Shown: in pieces, positions 19,446-27,448 of the stretch | Layout of the letters: every line of letters starts with the position of its first letter | Numbering within the stretch: the first letter of the stretch is position 1 | Origin: Octopus sinensis | Taxonomy: Eukaryota | Direction: 5' to 3' | Assembly (NCBI RefSeq): GCF_006345805.1 | Contig: NW_021833377.1 | Span: forward strand, 1-27,448 | Length of the DNA: 27,448 nucleotides | Position numbers and translations under genes: made by a program | Notes under the pieces: model-generated | Told to the model about the DNA's origin: nothing | Seen by the model: only the letters and a program-made list of their open reading frames with translations | The model's database searches: none

Positions 19446-19910
19446 TCACTAGCAGCACTGCCGAAGTTGGTAAGTTTGTACAGATTTGTATGTTTTTATC
19501 GAAAAATTGACTGCATTGTACGTTTTAGAGATTTTAAATTTCAATATTCCTTCTTTTTATATGTATTTTCATCAATTTTCATCAATATATCACAAATTTT
19601 CCAAGAAAAACTGGTATTTTTCTCTATTTTGTAGTTGTGACATATTTCAAAAATATATTTTGTACACTTTTGTAAATTTTGGTATGTTTTGGCATGGAAT
19701 TCTGTACGTCTTTCAAAAAAGCTTTGGCAGTGCAGATTGTTAGACTAGAAAATAAGTGTTCTTAGAATAAGGAAGCATTCACACCCCAAGTAACACCGGG
19801 TACCTCTGATAGTTAACCTATAAAATTAGTTTGCATTTGAAAAGAATAAAGTTGATATCACTATTTCTCAGTCAGTTCTTCAGTGTATATAATATATACA
19901 TATATATATA

Positions 19911-22103
19911 ATCATCATCATCATTTAACGTCCGCTTTCCATGCTGGCATGGGCTGGACGGTGTGATTGCAGGTGGGGAAGCTAGAAGGCTGCACCAGGC
20001 TCTAATCTGATCTGGCAAAGTTTCTACAGCTGGATGCCCTTCCAAACACTAACCACTCTGAGTGTAATGGGTGCTTTTTATGTGTCACTGGCACAAGGGC
20101 CAGTTAGGTGGTACTGGCATTGGCCACACTTGAATGGTACATTTTATGTGCTACCAGGATGGGAGCCAGTCAGGCAGCACTGGCAACTACCACACTCGAT
20201 GCGGGCATTTTATATGCCACAAGCATGGGACCAGTCAGCTGGCACTAGCATCGACCATGACAATGACTTCACGCAACAGGTCTACACAAGCACAGTTTAT
20301 TGCCCAATGATTGAAGGGTACTCTTAAATGGGCTGGTTGTGCTGTACTGACATAGGCCACAGTTACGGTCTCACTTGGTTTGCTGGGTCTTCTCAAGCAC
20401 AGCATATCTCCAAAGGTCTCGGTCACTTGTCGTCGAATCCGTGAGGGCCAATATTCAAAGGCCGTGCTTCAGCACCTCATCCCAGGTCTTCCTGGGTCTA
20501 CCTCTTCCACAGGTTCTCTCTACTGCTAGGGTGTGACACATTTTTACAGAGCTGTCCTCATCCATATGCAACACATAACCATATCAGCGCAGCTGTCTCT
20601 TTTGCACATCACATCTGATGCATCTAGCATCCAACTTTACTTTCAGGGCGCTTACACTCTGTCGTGTATGCACACTGAGATTACACATCCAGTAGAGCAT
20701 ACTAGCTTCATCCCTTGCAAGCTATGCATGTCCTCAGCAGTCACAGCCCATGTTTCACTGCCATGTAGCATGGTTGTTTGCACACATGCTTCATACAGTC
20801 TGCCTTTTACTCTGCGCAAGAGGAACTTTGTCACCAGCAGAGGTAGGAGCTCTCTGAACTTTGCCCAGGCTATTCTTATTCCAGCAGCTACACTCTCAGA
20901 ACATCCACCACCACTACTGATTTGGTCACCTAGGTAAAGGAAGCTATCAACGACTTCTAGTTTTTCCCCCTGGCATGTGACGGAAGCTGTTTTCTGCACA
21001 TTTTCAGTGTTTATTAACCCTCAGCATTTGCTGCACACAAAAACTATCTTCCCAGTTAGCCTTCCGCTGATATTGTTGCACCTCTTATGTGTCCATAGCT
21101 TACACTGGGTACATCTTATAGAGATTCTACCTACGCCTTTTCTATAGATCGAGCAGGGCCATCTATCTGAGGGGATTTGTGATTTGTCTGCCTATCTACT
21201 TATTAAAAGTATGGTTTTTGCTAGATTGACTCTAAGGCCCTTCAATTCTAGACCTTGCTTCCACACCTGAAACTTCTCCTCTAGTTCTGATAGTGACTCA
21301 GCTATTAGAGCAAGGTATTCAGTAATAGAGTATCTCCCAGGGGCATCCTGTCTTGAATTCCTCTATTATTGCCTGGAGGACTATGATGAATAAGAGGGGG
21401 CTGAGGACTGATCCTTGGTGGATCCTACCCCTACCCAGAATTCTTCACTGTACTCATTGCCAACCCTCACCTTACTAACAGCATCTCTCTATATGGCTTC
21501 TACAGCTCTAACTAACCACTCATCTATCTTTAGTTTTTACATTGACCACCATATCAGGGATTGGGGGATCCTGTCAAAGCTTTCTCCATGTCAATGAAAG
21601 CCAGGTACAAAGGTTTATCTTTGGCTAGGTATTTCTCCTGCAGCTGTCTGACCAGAAATATAACATCAGTGGTGCTTTTCCCTGGCACAAACCAAAACTG
21701 CATCTCATCTAAACTGACTACTTACTTAATTAGTTGGGTTATGATCCTTTCTGTGACTTTCCTTACCTGATCCGAAAACTTGATACCTCTGCAGCAGTTG
21801 ACTATGGTACTACTACAGCAGTCATTGGGTATTACTCCTTCATATATCACCTGACAGACTATATGGGTGATTAGATTATAACCGGCACCACCATATATTT
21901 CAAGCATCTCTATGGTGATTCCTGATTGGCTGGGGACTTTCCTTCATACTCTCTCAATTGCTTTATCTACCAAGGTACTGTGAATATGGATAGCTGATCC
22001 CTCTGTTGGGTCAACATTCGGCAGACTCTCTTTCTCCCATTCAGTCTCTTCATTTAGCAACCTTTCATAGTGGCATCTCCAAGTCTCTCTCTTTGCAGCC
22101 TCA
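19911..22103 (-). mobile_element. RTE-clade LINE, 5'-truncated, more decayed copy with internal deletions
   Basis: (ATC)n tail at 19911 and the shared terminal segment; 3' UTR tandem units at about 20080-20250; EVVDSFLYLGDQISSGGGCSES..RIRIAWAKFRELLPLLVTK, TTMLHGSETWAVTAED; RT remnants; [32 protein letters not shown] at the truncation, matching about 5395-5510. Confidence 0.93.
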
Positions 22104-22104
22104 T

Positions 22105-22155
<51 letters not shown>

Positions 22156-22677
22156 ATATATATACATATATACATATATATACATATATACATATATATA
22201 TATACATATATATATATACATGTATATATATATATATGTATATATATATACATGTATATATATACATGTATATATATACATGTATATACATATATACATG
22301 TATATATATATATATACACACATGTATACATATATATATACATACATATATACATACCTATATATATACATATATACATACCTATATATATATATACATA
22401 TATATATATACATATATATACATACCTAAATATATACATATATACATACCTATATATATATACATATATACATACCTATATATATATACATATATATGCA
22501 TACCTATATTTATACATACATACATATATATACATACCTATATATATACATACATATATATACATATATATATATACATATATATATACACATACACATA
22601 TACATATATACATACATATATATACATATACACATATACATACATATGTACATATATATATATATACATATATAAAT
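22104..22677. repeat. Long compound (TA)n microsatellite with CATG and CCTA sub-blocks
   Basis: Visible directly; abuts the 5' truncation of the RTE copy. Confidence 0.95.
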
Positions 22678-22826
22678 AGGTGAGTGTATTTTTACCTTGT
22701 TAACAGTATCACGGAAAAATAAATGAATAGTTACCAGGGCAGCAAAAATCTCACAAGTAATGGTGTTGTAACTCCTTGTTTATAAAGGTAGAAACTTTGT
22801 GTTTATGTTGAATATTTTGAATAATA

Positions 22827-23280
22827 TGAATAAAAAATGGAGTTAACGCAGGTGTAAACAAATATTTTTACTTTCTGAGCTATTTTTCATTATTTTTTCT
22901 AGAAATACTCTAGTAAACACAGTTATAGAACGAGCATACAGATGTAAGCATTGGCAAAAACATACATTTAGTGCATATAAGTAGTCTCTATCATTATATA
23001 TAATTTAAACTTTAATTTCCTTTATATTTAACATTCACTATTAATATCCTTACTCTTTCTGTTAGCTACTTATGACGTTATATCATATAACATTTTTTTA
23101 AACAATATTAATAGCGTTCTGTCTATCGCTATACAAATCCATCATTTTTTGCTAAAATGTCTTATTGACATTCACTTTCCTGAGGAGAAGATTGCATTGT
23201 TTATACCATTTATTCTTTTGAATAGTATCAGTGGAATTTTTATATTTGTTTATACCTGCGTTAACTCCATTTTTTATTCA
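22827..23280. mobile_element. MITE with about 39 bp terminal inverted repeats and TA flanks (Tc1/mariner-type)
   Basis: TGAATAAAAAATGGAGTTAACGCAGGTGTAAACAAATAT (22827-22865) versus ATATTTGTTTATACCTGCGTTAACTCCATTTTTTATTCA (23242-23280), one mismatch; TA on both sides. Confidence 0.8.
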
Positions 23281-23411
23281 TATATACATATATATATATA
23301 CATATATATACATATATATATATATACACATATACATATATATATACATATATATATATATATGTACATATATATATACACATATATATACATATATATA
23401 TAAATACATTT

Positions 23412-23722
23412 GGAGGAGCAACGGCCCAGTGGTTAGGGTAGCGGACTCGTGGTCGTAGGATCGCGATTTCGATTCCCAGACCGGGCGTTGTGAGTGTTTA
23501 TTGAGCGAAAACAACTAAAGCTCCACGAGGCTCCGACAGGGGATGGTGGCGATCCCTGCTGTACTCTTTCGCCACAACTTTCTCTCACTCTTTCTTCTGT
23601 TGGCCTGCTCACTTAGCCAGCGGGGTGGCATCATCTGAAGGCTAAAACAATGCGAAGTGCATTGTGACCAGCGATGTGTAGAAGCATCTGATAGCCTGGT
23701 CGGTCACGGTGATCGCGGTGAT
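23412..23722 (+). mobile_element. tRNA-derived SINE (family D), full length
   Basis: A box GGCCCAGTGGTTAGGG, B box GATTTCGATTCCC, ends CGGTCACGGTGATCGCGGTGAT; flanked by TA tracts. Confidence 0.88.
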
Positions 23723-23753
23723 ATATATACATATATATATACATACATATATG

Positions 23754-23788
<35 letters not shown>

Positions 23789-23797
23789 ACATACATA

Positions 23798-23829
<32 letters not shown>

Positions 23830-23941
23830 CACATATATATACATACATATATATATACATACATATATATGTACATACATATATATATACATATATATAT
23901 ATACATTCATATATATATACATATATATATACATACATATG
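23723..23941. repeat. (TA/TACA)n microsatellite spacer
   Basis: Lies between the two family D SINEs. Confidence 0.92.
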
Positions 23942-23942
23942 T

Positions 23943-24235
23943 GGAGGCGCAATGGCCTAGTGGTTAGGGCATCGGACTCGCGGTCGCAGGATCGCGGTTT
24001 CGATTCCCAGACCGGGTGTAGTGAGTGTTTATTGAGCGAAAACACCTAAAAGCTCCACAAGGCTCCGGCAGGGGGTGGTGATCCCTGCTGTACTCTTTCA
24101 CCACTCTTTCTTCTGTCGGCCTGCTCGCTTAGCCCACGGGGTGGCGTCATTCGAAGGCTAAAACAATGCGAACGCATTGTTACCAGCGATGTGTAACTAC
24201 ATCTGATGGTCTGGTCGGTTACGTGATCACGTGAT
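23943..24235 (+). mobile_element. tRNA-derived SINE (family D), second copy
   Basis: GGAGGCGCAATGGCCTAGTGGTTAGGG...GGTTTCGATTCCCAGACCGGG; colinear with 23412-23722. Confidence 0.88.
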
Positions 24236-24472
24236 ATATATATATATACATGTATATATACATATATATATATATACATGTATATACATATACATGTATA
24301 TATATACACATGTATACATATATACATACATATATATATATATACATATATTCATACCTATATATATATACACATATATACATACCTATATATATATATA
24401 CATATATTCATACATATATATATATACACATATATACATACCTATATATATATATACATATATATACATACC

Positions 24473-24510
<38 letters not shown>

Positions 24511-24536
24511 CATATATATACATATATATATATATA
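24236..24536. repeat. Compound (TA)n microsatellite with CATG and CCTA sub-blocks
   Basis: Visible directly. Confidence 0.93.
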
Positions 24537-24970
24537 CGTATTTCCGGTTCCGACAGGGAGAGTCGTGTATCGCCTTTGCTCTGTTTAAAAAAGGCAGAAA
24601 GTGTGCATAAATCGGTGAAATAATCTACTGAAAGTCACAAATTCAACTCATAAAGCCCACTACAACACTTCGGCTACAAATATATTAATCAAAAACGTAA
24701 TATATTTTGCCTGAAGCCGGATACAGTAATAACTTTTCTTTTCGCCGAAAACGCTCATGGTGGAAAAATCCACTGAAGTAACTTATCTCCTGGAAGAAGG
24801 AAAAAGAAACATCTCCTGGAAAATAATCCCGTAAACCACAAAAAATCCAGACCACATCGTTGGATTAAGTATCACTTTCATCTTCTATTTCATATTTTGT
24901 TTATTATCCTATTTTATCCCCCTTAATTTAAGCCCACATCTCCGTTAAAGTTTACGATCACCATTTTTTG
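24537..24970. promoter_or_regulatory. Possible CpG-retaining promoter-like unique region
   Basis: Non-repetitive, many CG dinucleotides, TTCCGGTTCCG (CCGGAA ETS-type site on the minus strand) at about 24542. No transcript evidence is available. Confidence 0.2.
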
Positions 24971-25267
24971 TTTGTTTACATTTCAATAACTGTCTCGAAG
25001 GCAGATATTGGCTTCAGAATTAAATAACCCTTTCTTCACACTTTAAAATATATATAAATTTTAATATATTTTCACTCTTTTTCTTTCTTTTTTTCCACCT
25101 TCCTTCTCTCCCCGGCTGTGTATATGTGTATGTGTGTACACGTGTATGTATGTGTGTGTGCGTGTATGTATATATGTATGCGTATATATGCATGGACGTG
25201 AACTTTCACGAACTTTAGATAGATAAATAATCTTTCCCCTCTTTCTTACCCTCCCATCTCTCCTCTT

Positions 25268-25866
25268 TCAGATACTCTATCTTCTAATTAGCCTTAAGAT
25301 TAAATAACGTTTAATATTGTTTAATATTGTTTAACATTGTTAATAATTTTTCAGATACTCTATCTTCTAATTAGCCCTAAGAATAAACAACGTTTTTACC
25401 CACACTCTAATATCTTTCTAATTAGCCTTTTTACCCACATTTTAAATATTTGTTAATATATTTTCAGATACTCTATCCTCTAATTAGCCTTAAGATTAAA
25501 TAACGTTTTTACCCACACTTTAACTTTTTCACCCACACTTTAATATATTTTTGAATACTCTATCTTCTAATTAGCCTTAAGATTAAATAACGATTTTTAC
25601 CCACACTTTAATATAATAGTAATATTGTTAACATATTTTCAGATACTCTATCTCCTAATTAGCCTTAAGATTAAATAACGTTTTTACCCACAAACTTTAA
25701 TATTGTTAATATTAATAATACTCTATCCTCTAATTAGCCTTAAGATTAAATAACGTTTTTACCCACACTCTAATATAATATTAATATTGCTAATATATTT
25801 TCAGATACTCAATCTCCTAATTAGCCTTAAGATTAAATAACGTTTTTACCCACAAACTTTAATATC
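25268..25866 (+). repeat. Minisatellite array, 75-90 bp monomer, 7 units plus a partial
   Basis: Core GATACTCTATCTTCTAATTAGCCTTAAGATTAAATAACGTTTTTACCCACAC recurs at about 25271, 25354, 25411 (partial), 25467, 25554, 25642, 25718 and 25804. Confidence 0.92.
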
Positions 25867-25923
25867 TTCTTGTCTTCTCTCGAACATAGTTAGATAGATA
25901 AACAAATAGACAGATCATCCAGC

Positions 25924-26853
25924 ATGTCCAGAGCATGGAGACCTGACGAACTAGATTTATTCGTACGAGCCTGGAAGTGCGCCGACGGAGATAGCCCTAG
26001 CGAGGTGATTGGCTGCGCTGAAGGCAAAGGCTACAAGAGGACAGCGGCTCAAGATGGAGCGAAAGAGACGGGAATTTGTGCGCTCATATGCGCTTATACG
26101 GTCGCACATTGGCGCACTTGATGCCATCTTTGAGAACGAGCGGGGCAAAGATGGCAAGAATGGAGACGATTGAAAGAAGTCACCCCCACCTGGTGGACGC
26201 CCGGGAGGAGGTTGAATGAGAAACCTGCCCGGGAAGTGAACCCAGGTGCAAGTTCTCCAACCGGCAGCAAGGGCCATGGAGACGGAGAACCCGGTGAAGA
26301 GGTAGTAGAGGGAGGAGGAAGAACTAAAAGAAGGGCTGGAAGAGCTAAAGGAAAAAGCTCAAGCAGGACCAAAGGGTGAAAAAACCAGGAATAGAAGTGG
26401 AACCGCAAAGATGGAAACAAAACAGCGCACACAGGTGTGTAGGTTCTACTGAGAGGTTCCTGCTGGCATGGAAAGGAAGGTGCAGGCTGCCGCTGTGCAC
26501 GGGGACCCTGCAACAGAGACACGAGGCAGATGGACAAACCATCAACACAAGGAAAAAGGGATGGACCACACACCACTTGCCCCAAAGCGGAGGTACGCAG
26601 ATGTTGTGCGTGCCACAAACCACCAACATGATGTTGTCGAAAGGGCAGCTGCTGAGCAACAATTTTTTTGTGCATGGCACAAAAGATTGTACAGCAGCTG
26701 ACCTGGCTTCATCAAACCCAAGCCCGCAGGTGGGACTACCCACTATATACCAGACCACCACAGCAAACAGACCCAGGATGGACACCACCGCAACAATGTA
26801 CACCTCACCTCGATGCCCCTACTGAACATCAGAGGACTGCAAACACTCAGTAA
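25924..26853 (+). pseudogene. ORF1 remnant of a CR1-group LINE with a CCCH-type zinc finger
   Basis: Starts MSRAWRPDELDLF. Restoring one base gives VCRFY-LRGSCWHGKEGAGC at about 26430-26490. Multiple frameshifts; overlaps the start of ORF2. Confidence 0.6.
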
Positions 26854-27448
26854 CAGGAACAAAATCCGTTTCCTGAGAGATTTGTTGCATGCAATCAAGC
26901 TTATGCATAGCACTAACGGAAACGACCTGAAACAGGATATAGCAGATGCGGAGTTACACATACCACAGTATGCTGTACTACGGACCGACAGGAAAGGAAA
27001 GGAGTCATGGAGGTGTTGCTATGTACATCCGTGAGGACCTCACACCCCAGGTCCTCCTGTCATACTCAAACGGGGTGTGTGACACACTAATTGTACATAT
27101 TAGGCAACTTGTGTAGTTGTGTGTGCTACATATCGCCTCCAGATGCCCACAAGCCATGTGGCAAGTTGAAGACTGCCTTATAAAAATAGAAGAAGTTCTA
27201 ACCACATTAGAACAACACCTAAGGTACTTCTTATGGGAGACTTCAATGTCAGAGGGCACGAGGGCCTATCTCTCCAGGAATGACAAGATGTGAACGAGGA
27301 CAAGGCGAGGTCCCTCCTGAACCTCATCAAACACCTGTACATGGAGCAGGTAATACTCCAACCAACCAGGGCAGGTAACACACTGGATCTCGGCTTCACA
27401 AATGACATGGATCTCATCCATAATGTGAAAGTGACACCGACACTACTC
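26813..27448 (+). pseudogene. ORF2 apurinic-type endonuclease of a CR1-group LINE (disrupted, runs off the window)
   Basis: LLNIRGL, IALTET (frameshifted), IPQYAVLRTDR, HGGVAMYIRE, YRPP (frameshifted), LMGDFN, QVILQPTRAGNTLDLGFTNDMDLIHNVKVTPTLL leading to the expected SDH. Confidence 0.9.

Larger units (their letters stand above)
17020..19812 (+). mobile_element. Composite/rearranged Helitron
   Basis: 5' end A|TCTATATATATAAAAC at 17019/17020; 3' end CCCCAAGTAACACCGGGTACCTCTGATAG|T (decayed hairpin plus CTAG variant) at about 19783-19812; internal RepHel fragments. Confidence 0.8.

Noticed and set aside
23412-24020. tRNA genes
   Set aside because: A and B boxes are present, but there is no complete cloverleaf and the sequence continues into SINE bodies; the same applies at 13251 and 16100
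2191-24623. Dozens of long Y/I/H/T/C/V/M-rich ORFs
   Set aside because: Translations of TA/CA microsatellites that lack stop codons; open in several frames and on both strands
25268-25866. CRISPR array
   Set aside because: The spacers are related AATATT-rich variants rather than unique sequences; eukaryotic context
25957-26803. Minus-strand ORFs of 106-193 aa and alternative plus-strand ORFs as host genes
   Set aside because: They overlap the frameshifted LINE ORF1; GC-richer sequence gives long frames by chance

Overview
Eukaryotic, AT-rich and almost entirely repeat-derived DNA. The repeat repertoire looks like a coleoid cephalopod, most likely Octopus; this is inferred from family recognition, not from a search. 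No intact host gene can be supported. Recognisable elements: three 5'-truncated RTE-clade LINE copies (one carrying a PHD-like C4HC3 module), the 5' part of a decayed CR1-group LINE preceded by a tandem monomer array, a decayed Penelope-like element (RT thumb, N/S-rich linker, GIY-YIG), pogo/Tigger and mariner transposase remnants, two Helitrons (one internally rearranged), several MITE/foldback elements, about ten tRNA-derived SINE pieces and many compound (TA)n microsatellites. Most long ORFs in the supplied track are microsatellite or antisense artefacts. The most interesting signals are at RNA level: several degenerate minimal hammerhead-ribozyme motifs, a hairpin-dense 500-nt cassette between inverted hammerhead-bearing arms, hairpin tandem arrays in the RTE 3' UTR, and a consistent association of RTE and SINE ends with (TA)n tracts. 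All alignments were done by eye, so coordinates are approximate to a few bases unless a motif is quoted.
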